From contig CAXXFK010000020.1 of the NCBI GenBank assembly GCA_963663965.2, positions 64,001 through 128,000 of the forward strand: a stretch of 64,000 bases of DNA. Reading direction: 5' to 3'. Shown piece after piece: positions 51,036 to 60,322 of the stretch. The DNA is from Sedimentisphaerales bacterium. GTDB lineage: Bacteria > Planctomycetota > Phycisphaerae > Sedimentisphaerales > SM23-30. Within the stretch, counting starts at the first letter, position 1, and each line of letters starts with the position of its first letter. The translations under genes and the position numbers were made by a program. The notes below the pieces were generated by a model, which saw nothing but the letters and a program-made list of their open reading frames with translations, searched no databases and was not told where the DNA came from.

Positions 51036-53381
51036 ATGCTTACTAAATTACCAAAATCTGTTCTGTTAGCCGTTATTTTTATCCTTTTCACAGATACGGC
51101 TCTTTCGTTTGCACAAATCACAGGCCGTACACAGCCGCCGGCGGGGAAGTGGCTGCTCTGGTACGGTCAGCCGGCGGAAAAGTGGGAAGAGGCGCTGCCG
51201 ATCGGTAACGGGCATATGGGGGGGATGGTGTTTGGCCGGGTTGGCAAGGAGCGGATCCAGTTTAATGAAGATACGCTCTGGGCCGGGCATCCGATGGATT
51301 ATCAGAATCCGGGGGCTCATAACTATTTGCAGGAGATCCGGGAACTGCTGTTTGCCGGAAAACAGCGTGAGGCGGAGAAGCTGGCCGGCGATCATTTCAT
51401 GGGAGTGCCGTTGCGCCAATGCGCGTTTCAACCGTTTGCCGATCTGAACCTGGAATTTCCCGGGCATGAGGCAGCATCCGATTATGCCCGTTCGCTGGAT
51501 CTGGATGATGCCATCGCGCGAACAGTGTATCGAGTGGGCGAGGTGAGTTTCAGCCGTGAGATTTTCGCCAGTTATCCGCGCCGGGCGATGGTGGTTCGTA
51601 TTACTGCCAATCGGCCGGGACAGGTTACTTTTAAGGCAACGCTGACCAGTCTGCATAAGCAGTCGGAACAATTGGCGATCGATGATCATACCCTGGCGAT
51701 TCGCGGGCAGGTGACTCATACGGCGGAAAATTCGGAAGAGAGCCGTCTGCGCTTTGAGGGCCGACTCCAGGTTCGCACGGAGGGTGGGCAGGCTGAAATA
51801 ACTAATGAGGGGATCTCGATTACGAAGGCCAACGCGGTAACGTTGATACTGACCGCGGCGACCAGTTATAACAATTATCAGGATATCAGCGGTGATCCGG
51901 CCGCCAAGGCGGCCGAACTGATGCAACGCTCTGATGGGATGGCCTATCAGGCCTTGAAAACGGAGCATGTGGCCGATCACCAGCGTCTGTTCCGCCGGGT
52001 CGATATCGATCTGGGCCGCACGCCGGCGGCCGATAAAGAAACGGATCAGCGAATTCAAGCGTTTAAGGGCGGGGATGACCCACAACTGGCGGCGCTTTAC
52101 TTCCAGTTTGGGCGCTATCTGCTGATCGCGTGCAGCCGGCCGGGCTCGCAGCCGGGTAATCTGCAAGGGGTCTGGAACGACAAACTCAGTCCGCCCTGGG
52201 GCTGTAAATATACCATCAATATTAATACGGAGATGAATTACTGGCCGGCGGAAATGACCAATCTGTCAGAATGCACCGAGCCGCTGTTTGACCTGATTGA
52301 GGATTGTTCGCATGCCGGGGCGTTAACCGCGAAAAATTTCTATAACGCGCGCGGCTGGGTGATCCATCACAATACGGAAATCTGGCGGGGCACGGCCCCG
52401 ATTAACGCGTCCAATCATGGGATCTGGCCGACGGGCGGGGCCTGGCTGGCGCAACATCTCTGGTGGCATTATCAATATACCGGCGATAAAGAGTTTCTGC
52501 GCCGGCGCGGGTATCCGCTGCTTAAATCGGCCAGTGAATTTTTTGTCGATTACCTGGTGGATGATCCGGTCAACGGCAAAGGCTGGCTGGTGAGCGGACC
52601 GAGCAATTCACCGGAACGGGGCGGCCTGGTGATGGGGCCGACCATGGACCATCAGATTATCCGGTATCTGTTCGCGGCAACGGCGGAAGCCGCCCGGGTA
52701 TTGGAGGTTGATGCTGATTTCCGCGCGACCCTGCTGGCGATGCATGGGCGGATCGCGCCCAATCAGGTGGGTAAAGCGGGACAACTGAAAGAATGGCTCT
52801 ATACGGAAGATCCATTCACTGACCATCGCCATATTTCTCATCTGTGGGGTTTGCATCCGGGTGAGGAGATTACCCGCGATGGTACGCCGGAGCTTTACGC
52901 GGCGGCGCGCAAGTCGCTCGAATTGCGCGGGGATGGCGGGACCGGCTGGTCAATGGGCTGGAAAATCAACTGCTGGGCCCGGCTGCATGATGGCGATCAT
53001 GCCTACCTGATGCTGTCGAATCAACTGACCCCCCAGAAAACCTATCCGAACCTGTTTGACGCGCATCCGCCTTTCCAGATCGATGGTAATTTTGGCGCTA
53101 CGTCGGGTATTGGCGAGATGATTATGCAGAGTCATACCGGCCGGATCGAGTTGCTGCCGGCATTGCCGGCGGCGCTGGCCTCAGGACGGATCAGCGGGTT
53201 ATGCGCCCGGGGCGGTTTTGAGCTGGATCTGGTCTGGGAGGATGGGCAGTTGGTAACCGTCGATATCCGATCGAAACTGGGTAATCCGTGTGTGGTGGCC
53301 TGTGGCGATAAAAGCGTCCGGCTGAAAACCCGGGCGGGTCAAAGTATTCTTCTGGAAGGGCCCGACCTGAAGATCAAGTAG
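51036..53381 (+). CDS. Alpha-1,2-L-fucosidase GH95
   Basis: WEEALPIGNG, FQFGRYLLI, NLQGVW, YTININTEMNYW, HRHISHL, HPPFQIDGNFG. Confidence 0.95.
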   Translation: MLTKLPKSVLLAVIFILFTDTALSFAQITGRTQPPAGKWLLWYGQPAEKWEEALPIGNGHMGGMVFGRVGKERIQFNEDTLWAGHPMDYQNPGAHNYLQEIRELLFAGKQREAEKLAGDHFMGVPLRQCAFQPFADLNLEFPGHEAASDYARSLDLDDAIARTVYRVGEVSFSREIFASYPRRAMVVRITANRPGQVTFKATLTSLHKQSEQLAIDDHTLAIRGQVTHTAENSEESRLRFEGRLQVRTEGGQAEITNEGISITKANAVTLILTAATSYNNYQDISGDPAAKAAELMQRSDGMAYQALKTEHVADHQRLFRRVDIDLGRTPAADKETDQRIQAFKGGDDPQLAALYFQFGRYLLIACSRPGSQPGNLQGVWNDKLSPPWGCKYTININTEMNYWPAEMTNLSECTEPLFDLIEDCSHAGALTAKNFYNARGWVIHHNTEIWRGTAPINASNHGIWPTGGAWLAQHLWWHYQYTGDKEFLRRRGYPLLKSASEFFVDYLVDDPVNGKGWLVSGPSNSPERGGLVMGPTMDHQIIRYLFAATAEAARVLEVDADFRATLLAMHGRIAPNQVGKAGQLKEWLYTEDPFTDHRHISHLWGLHPGEEITRDGTPELYAAARKSLELRGDGGTGWSMGWKINCWARLHDGDHAYLMLSNQLTPQKTYPNLFDAHPPFQIDGNFGATSGIGEMIMQSHTGRIELLPALPAALASGRISGLCARGGFELDLVWEDGQLVTVDIRSKLGNPCVVACGDKSVRLKTRAGQSILLEGPDLKIK

Positions 53382-53611
53382 AGAGCATCGGATAAAGATT
53401 CTTTTTCTGACCGGTCTTTGATTGGGCTGGGCGTGAATGACTTTGCGCTTTCCAAACGGTCGAAATGGCTCCGGAGCAATTCGATTCAGAATGGTAAAAA
53501 ATTGCGGGCCCCGGTGGTGGACGGAAGCCCGCATTCGAGATGGGATGTATCCAAAGGTAGGTTATTTTCCCCTGCCAAATCGCATCTGCTTTCGTGCATT
53601 TTATACAATGA

Positions 53612-55741
53612 TCAGCGGGTTGGCGGGGTTTCGGTCAGTGGTATTTTGCCGTTGAGCATTCGGACGCCCTGACCGGCCAGCCAGAGGTAATGGTCGCTGG
53701 GCAGGTTGGCATCACCGGGGTCATAGGGCGGATAGGTTGCGTTGCCGGTCGGCAGGAACGGATTAACTGCCGCAACCGGGGGGTTGGGTGTGCATTTGAA
53801 AATCGCGGTGCCTTCATCGACTTCATCGAACATGGCTTGATAGATCATGGTCACGCCGGCATCGTGGATGACTTTGTAATATTGCCGCCAGAGGAATCGG
53901 CCGCCCAGCCGGGGCATCTGGTCGAATTTGTTGTTCTGTTGCAGGTTCTGCCAGCTGAAGCCCGGGAAAACCACCGGCAGATAGTCTTTGCCGTTGGCAT
54001 CGCACCAGGTTTTGTCCGGAACGGTGGTGTACCGGGTAAAATTATTCAGTTCGCTGGGATAGATACTGCCATATCGGCCCACGGCCCATGGGCTGATGAT
54101 ATCGGCAATCTGGATCGTCCGCTGTAGCCAGGTATCGTTATTGGTGCGCCAGTTGTTATTGACGCCCAGCATGACGGTACAGCCGCCGTAGACGGGATCG
54201 TTTTTCAGGAACTCGATCAGATGATACGACTCTTCGCCTTCGTAGGCACGGCCGAATCCCAGGCCCCAGATAGCAATCACCGGTTTGCCGTTATGATGCA
54301 GGTAGGCCGCGTCTGTGGGGTCTTTACTGACGCCAAAGGTATCGACGAGGTATTTCCAGTCATCGATTACGCGCTGGGCGCCGCCGGTATTCAGGCCGGA
54401 TAAATCGTACATCATGGCCCAAACCCGGTGGTATTGGTTGCCGCCTTTACGGCAGTGCCGCATGACCTGATCGCGATGTTTACGGGCGGTCGAGCCGGGT
54501 GAGGTTTCGGTGACGAACCGCTGCAGGAAGACGCCGTCGATACCATATTGGCGCATCCAGTCAAAATGCCTGAGGACGGTTTTTTCGTTGTAGGAACTGA
54601 AGACGTAAGCCGGGCTGTTGTCGGCGTGACGGAAGCCGGTAACGAATTTTTCGTTCGCGTCGTATTCGCTCATATCGGGCCACCAATCCACGGTGCAATA
54701 GCCGGGTTCGAACCGGTTGCCGCTGCCCCAATGGACCCAACCCCGGTTGGCGCCATCGCCGGGGGTATTGAACCAGCCCTGATAACCGCACATAATCTTT
54801 CCGGTCAGGGTTCGGCTGTATTCATTGTGGCGCCAGTTGCCGGATACCGTCTGGAAATCATCCAGATCGACTTTCCGGTCACTGGTGAAGTCGGCGGCCG
54901 GGTCGGGTGATTCTTCGAGCCATTCAGCGGCGAACGGTTGCACATCGTCGATATTCACCCGGGTATCGCCATTCACATCGCCGGTACCGGTAATGGATGG
55001 GGCCGGTTCCGCCCAGATGGTGGTTTTACCGGGATTGGCACTATTATAATCGTGATACACCTGGCCGGTTCCGCCATAGGCGGTTATTTTTCCGGCTTTG
55101 CGATAGTCTTCTACCGCTGTTTCCTGATTCCCGCTGATAAGAACAATTCCCGATTCGATATCCATTACCGAATCGCCATTGATGGACCTGGTTTCGCTAA
55201 ATCCATTCAGATTCAAGGTCCCGGCTTTAATATTTGCATATCCGACACCCCCCTCCCAGCCAAGACCCAACATGGCGGTGACATTGACCGTACCGCCTTC
55301 GATATCCAGAACGCCTTCTCCACCGGAAGCAAAGCCAACCCACAAATGCTCTCCAATGGTCACATTGCCGCCGGTTTCAACGATCATCCGGGCGGTATGG
55401 TTGTATCCAATAGCCGACCAGTTGACACCGGTGGTAATACTGCCGCCATCGATTACTCGAATGACGCCGCCCGGACCATTATCGCCCTGAGCGAATAATG
55501 CGCAGGTCTGGGCATCGGATACGATACAGTCCGCGGCGCCGGAACCATTGAATACGGCCTTGTCAACCGGGGGAAGCGGGCCGGGAACGCCCCCGGACCA
55601 GTTGGCCGCGGTATTCCAGTTGCCGGTGGCGGGAGGCATGATGCCGTTGGCCGCCGGATTCCATGTAGTCGCGGCATTCGCAAGGGTTGCCATTATTCCT
55701 ATGATTATAATTAACGATCTCAGCCAGGATGTCTGCTTCAT
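53612..55741 (-). CDS. Secreted GH71/GH99-like glycoside hydrolase with N-terminal beta-repeat domain and internal dockerin
   Basis: CGYQGWF, WWPDMSEY, YGIDGVFLQRF, MYDLSG, PGFSW.NL, AMFDEVDEGTA; GDVNGD.RVN.DD. Confidence 0.82.
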   Translation of the reverse strand: MKQTSWLRSLIIIIGIMATLANAATTWNPAANGIMPPATGNWNTAANWSGGVPGPLPPVDKAVFNGSGAADCIVSDAQTCALFAQGDNGPGGVIRVIDGGSITTGVNWSAIGYNHTARMIVETGGNVTIGEHLWVGFASGGEGVLDIEGGTVNVTAMLGLGWEGGVGYANIKAGTLNLNGFSETRSINGDSVMDIESGIVLISGNQETAVEDYRKAGKITAYGGTGQVYHDYNSANPGKTTIWAEPAPSITGTGDVNGDTRVNIDDVQPFAAEWLEESPDPAADFTSDRKVDLDDFQTVSGNWRHNEYSRTLTGKIMCGYQGWFNTPGDGANRGWVHWGSGNRFEPGYCTVDWWPDMSEYDANEKFVTGFRHADNSPAYVFSSYNEKTVLRHFDWMRQYGIDGVFLQRFVTETSPGSTARKHRDQVMRHCRKGGNQYHRVWAMMYDLSGLNTGGAQRVIDDWKYLVDTFGVSKDPTDAAYLHHNGKPVIAIWGLGFGRAYEGEESYHLIEFLKNDPVYGGCTVMLGVNNNWRTNNDTWLQRTIQIADIISPWAVGRYGSIYPSELNNFTRYTTVPDKTWCDANGKDYLPVVFPGFSWQNLQQNNKFDQMPRLGGRFLWRQYYKVIHDAGVTMIYQAMFDEVDEGTAIFKCTPNPPVAAVNPFLPTGNATYPPYDPGDANLPSDHYLWLAGQGVRMLNGKIPLTETPPTR

Positions 55742-55764
55742 GATTCACTCATCTAAGATGGAAT

Positions 55765-55800
55765 CGGGCGCCCGGATAATTTCCGGGCGCCCGTTTAAAA
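55765..55800 (-). terminator. GC-rich hairpin between the two secreted-protein genes
   Basis: CGGGCGCCCGGA-TAATT-TCCGGGCGCCCG perfect stem. Confidence 0.6.
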
Positions 55801-55826
55801 ATGTTTAAGCACTTGTATCCGCTTGA

Positions 55827-57314
55827 TTACTGGATAGGCAGCGGAGCTTTTAATTCATACTCAACCAGCCACTGGCTTGTCAGTGTGGCAAAGTCGAGCA
55901 GGTTGATAATGCAGTTGCCATCAAAGTCAGCGGTATAAACCCGATCGAGACGCTGGAAACCGCCGCGGGCGCCCTGACAGGCGCTTTCTGCCACATCGAG
56001 GATCATGGTATCCGAAACGGCGTCGGGATTCATCGCGTCGCCAACTGTAACTGTCACCGTAATCGGGCCCAGGTGGCTGTCACCGGTAATGATTGGGTCT
56101 TCAACCGAGTCGCTGGGCGAGAATGTCACATTGGCGGCAATGGCCGGATCAACACTCCATTTAATGGTTAAAGGAGAGGCGCCATCATCAACAATGGTTG
56201 CATCCAGTTGAACCGGTTCATTGGCCCAGGTCAGGGTATCGGGCGTTTCAATGACTACCGAAGTTGGGGGAAGGTCGCTTGTGGTATCAAATGTATACAC
56301 ACGGCCTTCAATGGGTTCGTCGGTTGTTACACCGTAGATATGCGTATCGACCTGCCAGTAATAGGTTCCAGGTTCAGTAATGTTGACTGTAACAGAAGTG
56401 CCATCAGGGCTATTCGATAACACTTCGGCGTACATGGCCGGTTCCAGCTTATTAGGATCGGTACCCAACCACACATCGATGTACAAAGGATCAGCAGGAT
56501 CATTCGGATCCAGCAAATTCGTCCAGCTCAGGGTAACTTCACCCACAGGAACTGATTCACCCATCGCCGGAGAGGGATTCATTGGATCATTGACCGCTTT
56601 GATAACAGTTTTGCCATTGATATATTCCGCGCTGACATTACCCACAAGGCCAAAACCGGTTATTTTTCCGGCAGCAACATAATTATTGATATCAGTAATA
56701 CGATCACCGTTCAGGTAAATCACGCCATATTCGATATCAAGCTTTGATTCGCCTTTGATCGAATCTGTGCCATGAATATTGGCCAGATTAAGAACACCAT
56801 CATTGACATTGACGAATCCAATTCCTCCAGACCAGCCCAGACCAATCATTTGAGAAACATTCACTGTACCGCCATTGATATCCAGAGTACCAATCGAGCC
56901 GGGATTTAAACCAATCCACATATGTTGGCCAAAAGTAACGGTACCACCAGATTCAACAATCATATGGGCGGTATTACTGTATCCGACAGCGGACCAATTG
57001 ACCCCCGTGTTAAGAGTACCGCCGTCTACTACACGTATGACGCCGCCATCCGCCCCATCGCCTTGAACGAAATACTTACACACGGCTGCACTGGAAATGA
57101 CGCACTCCGCTGCATTGGGCACATTATAAACCGCTTTGCCAAAGTCATCCGTTGTAACAGCCTGAGGCACGCCATTGGTCCAGTTTTTCGCAGTGTTCCA
57201 GTCGCCAACGGCAGGCGGATAGATGCCATTGTTTGCGGGATTCCAGACAGTGGCCGCATTGATAATACTCGCCAGACCGGCAATTAAACATAATGCCATC
57301 ATTTTTTTTAACAT
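55827..57314 (-). CDS. Secreted non-catalytic protein: beta-repeat domain, Fn3/Ig-like domains, C-terminal dockerin-like motif
   Basis: GGAG RBS, MLKKMM signal peptide; YYWQVD, DDGASPL...WS, ADFDGNCIINLLDFA.L..QWL. Confidence 0.8.
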   Translation of the reverse strand: MLKKMMALCLIAGLASIINAATVWNPANNGIYPPAVGDWNTAKNWTNGVPQAVTTDDFGKAVYNVPNAAECVISSAAVCKYFVQGDGADGGVIRVVDGGTLNTGVNWSAVGYSNTAHMIVESGGTVTFGQHMWIGLNPGSIGTLDINGGTVNVSQMIGLGWSGGIGFVNVNDGVLNLANIHGTDSIKGESKLDIEYGVIYLNGDRITDINNYVAAGKITGFGLVGNVSAEYINGKTVIKAVNDPMNPSPAMGESVPVGEVTLSWTNLLDPNDPADPLYIDVWLGTDPNKLEPAMYAEVLSNSPDGTSVTVNITEPGTYYWQVDTHIYGVTTDEPIEGRVYTFDTTSDLPPTSVVIETPDTLTWANEPVQLDATIVDDGASPLTIKWSVDPAIAANVTFSPSDSVEDPIITGDSHLGPITVTVTVGDAMNPDAVSDTMILDVAESACQGARGGFQRLDRVYTADFDGNCIINLLDFATLTSQWLVEYELKAPLPIQ

Positions 57315-57604
57315 AGCTAAATCTCCACAAAAAAATAATATTGATAAAAAAACGAATCTCTTCATACTTTCTTTAAAAAACATAGGTCATAAGCATCATC
57401 CTCCGTTGTCATGCGGTTCTCTAATTACACATTTCAAAACCATTTCAATGTTAATACAATAAAACCAAGAAAATACCTGGTCGTTTTACATTAAGTACTT
57501 TCAACAAACAGTAAAGCCCGAATGATTTCATTTTATCCAGATATCAGTGTGAGTTGTGATTCTCATAAGTTTCTTCACCTTGCTAAAAAAAATAAAAGAA
57601 TAAA

Positions 57605-59251
57605 TCAACGCCCGGTTACAGATTCTCCTTCGGGCGGCAGGGCCCGCACAATTGTTTGGGCGGGCTGATTCTGATCGAATTCAAGCACGATCCGGCCAGC
57701 GCCGCCGTAACCGGTCAGTATGCCATCGTCAATAAATGTCTGGACCTGATTGCGTTTGTCGCCGGGCAGTATGAGTTGACCCTGGGCGATATCGAGAATT
57801 CCGTTGCGAATAATCAGGCTGCTGGCCTGGATTTCGCCACCCCGCAACAGAACCGTGCCATAGCCGGAATAAGGCCCGATCTGAAATTCACGGCACTTGA
57901 CCAGACCGCCGTTAACGATCAGGGTGCCTTCGCTGTTGAAGCCGGTAAAACACTGGGCGTTTTCACAATCCAGGGTGGCCCCGCTAAAAATTTCGGTTAT
58001 CCCAGGACCGTCATAGCCGGTAATAAACCAGCCGTCCGTAGTGGCTGTCACTTTCAGATAGCCATTTTTAACAATCTGGAAGGGCTGAAAACTGGGACTG
58101 TCTCCTCCGCCATTGTGCAGCCACTGCACTTCAACGAACCGGTCCAGGATACAAGGGAATTTGGCATGGGCGGCAATATTGATTTTGGCTTTGCAAACCT
58201 CGCCCGGCATCAAATTGGGATTGCTATTATCGGGTACCAGCTGATTGTGCCAGTTGCCGGGATCAAACCAGGAGCTGCCTGTCTGGCCAAGCCAGATAGA
58301 TGACACTTCGTTGGGCTGGGTAAACGAGAGTGAAAAATCTGAGCGAACGGCATCGAAAATTTCGGAATACCCTTTATCCGAACAGGCCACGGCCTGACCT
58401 TCAGTCAGTCGCAAAGGCTGTTTCACCGAGCCCTGTCGGGACGATACATCGACCGACCCTTGAAAGACATGCGTTTCGGTTTGTCGGTCGCTGGTGACTT
58501 TAACGCCAAACACCGTTCCCAGGTCGCGGATACCGGCGCTAGGGGTATCAATCTGGATCCAGTTTTGGGGATTGTAGATCCGCACGGAAATTTTGCCACG
58601 TTCGATCTGTACCTGGCGTTGAGATTGCAAATTCAAACTGGCGGGCGCTTCCACGATCAGTTCGGTACCGTTATTGAAAATAAATTGCGCCCGGCCCTGT
58701 TCCAACTGATACTGACCGGGATGGGCCTGGTTGTCGGTAATCAGGGCAGCCGAATCGGTCTGCCAGCGTGTGGAGGAGTTTTGAATTACGCGGGCCAGAG
58801 AGGGTCCCGGCCGGACGGTCAGGAGATTGGCCTGACGATCGATCCAGTTAAAAATCAGTAACGCAATCGTAATAATCGCGGCGATCTGGCCCAGATTTCG
58901 GATCCAGATTCTATAGTTGGGTTTGTTTCTGTGGTGTTGCAAAGGCGCGTCAGGCTGAAGCACGTTTTGCTGCTTCTCAATAGCGTCAGGCATGCCGCTA
59001 TGTTCAAGATCAGAATTGATGGCCTGAACCAGAGGGGTGGTCAATTGGGCAGGCGGGGTTTTGGATGCATCGTGGCAAACACCCGCCTGATGAAGCAGGC
59101 CATGGATGGTCATGACTTCCACAAAGTAGGTGCGATACTCATCGTTTTCCAGCAGCAAGGATTCCAGTTGCCGGAGCGAATCCTGATCCAGCATGCCTTC
59201 CATGGCTTGATAAGTTAAATCGATCAATTGGGCAGGTATCGGATTTTTCAT
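57605..59251 (-). CDS. FecR-domain anti-sigma factor with extra C-terminal beta-repeat domain
   Basis: N-terminal anti-sigma helix, one TM, L.QG.AQF.F.NG..L.VEAP, TPSA.I.DLGT.FGV, HVFQG.V. Confidence 0.88.
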   Translation of the reverse strand: MKNPIPAQLIDLTYQAMEGMLDQDSLRQLESLLLENDEYRTYFVEVMTIHGLLHQAGVCHDASKTPPAQLTTPLVQAINSDLEHSGMPDAIEKQQNVLQPDAPLQHHRNKPNYRIWIRNLGQIAAIITIALLIFNWIDRQANLLTVRPGPSLARVIQNSSTRWQTDSAALITDNQAHPGQYQLEQGRAQFIFNNGTELIVEAPASLNLQSQRQVQIERGKISVRIYNPQNWIQIDTPSAGIRDLGTVFGVKVTSDRQTETHVFQGSVDVSSRQGSVKQPLRLTEGQAVACSDKGYSEIFDAVRSDFSLSFTQPNEVSSIWLGQTGSSWFDPGNWHNQLVPDNSNPNLMPGEVCKAKINIAAHAKFPCILDRFVEVQWLHNGGGDSPSFQPFQIVKNGYLKVTATTDGWFITGYDGPGITEIFSGATLDCENAQCFTGFNSEGTLIVNGGLVKCREFQIGPYSGYGTVLLRGGEIQASSLIIRNGILDIAQGQLILPGDKRNQVQTFIDDGILTGYGGAGRIVLEFDQNQPAQTIVRALPPEGESVTGR

Positions 59252-59787
59252 GCCAATTCTTCCTCACTGGCCAGCGTGCGCCGGATGCAACGCCAGAGAA
59301 AATCGTGAGACCGGGCCATATATTTACAGATGGTCTGAACAGAAACGCCAAGTCGTTCGGCGATCAGGATTTGGGTCAGTTTTTTTTCGTAACGCATCTG
59401 GAGCAGATCGCGTTGTTTTTCGCTGAGTTTCGTGAGACAGATTTTGAGAATATCCAGCCGGATATCCACGGTCTGGCTAACCTGGCGAGCCCGTTCATCG
59501 AGTAGATTTTCCAGTTCCGGACAGAACAGGAACAATTCCCGTTTCTTTTTGTTGCGGAACCGGAGGATTTCGTAATGGGCGATTTGAATGCCCCAGGCGA
59601 TAAAGGAGGTATTGGGCTTGAATTCGCCGAATTTCCGCCACATGACCGCGGTGCAGTCCTGCATGATATCGTCGGCGTCAGAAAGGTTGCGTACCATGGA
59701 AAGGATATAGGCATAAATCCCTTTCTGATGCTCCATCAGCAGGGTAAGAAATTGCTCGGTCACAATGGAATCGATCATTTTCTTCAT
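59248..59787 (-). CDS. ECF RNA polymerase sigma factor (Rhodopirellula/Verrucomicrobium type)
   Basis: IYAYI.SMV....DADDIMQ, W.KF..F.P.T.F.AW...IA, CL.KL...QR.LL..RY; 4-nt overlap with FecR gene. Confidence 0.93.
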   Translation of the reverse strand: MKKMIDSIVTEQFLTLLMEHQKGIYAYILSMVRNLSDADDIMQDCTAVMWRKFGEFKPNTSFIAWGIQIAHYEILRFRNKKKRELFLFCPELENLLDERARQVSQTVDIRLDILKICLTKLSEKQRDLLQMRYEKKLTQILIAERLGVSVQTICKYMARSHDFLWRCIRRTLASEEELA

Positions 59788-60322
59788 GGGATCGCGCCTG
59801 ATCGAAAAAACCTTTAAGATACGGTATTGATTTGTGTAAATATGCTCATCACTTTTTCGTCATTAATGAGCAAAAAAGGATAATTTCTTTTTCTATAGGG
59901 TAACAAGCCCCGGCCGAAAAAAATTAAACAGGAAATATCAAAAAGTTTGAGAAACCCTTATTGGACGATCAGATAAAAGGATAGAATCAGGGAAAATAGT
60001 TCAAGGACACCATGGGCAGTCCATGGTTTTTATGTCATTTATCCTGATTCCGGAGTCATTATCATAACACCACTTAAGTGTCGGGGCTGGTTACCGACAG
60101 GCCTGACATTCGTAAAACAGATTGAAATAAATGTCTATTCTAACAATAGTTAAATGCTATTTCTTATGAGGATCACTTATGTTGACCTGGCGAATAATAA
60201 GAAAATGGGACTGAGGATTGATGATCTTTTAGAGATCGATTATAGTAAACGTGGCGTTTAAGAGCCTGGTTAGCCGGGCTGTTTGGTAGTTACAGCGGAT
60301 TATGTTACATGAGGTTAAAAAA

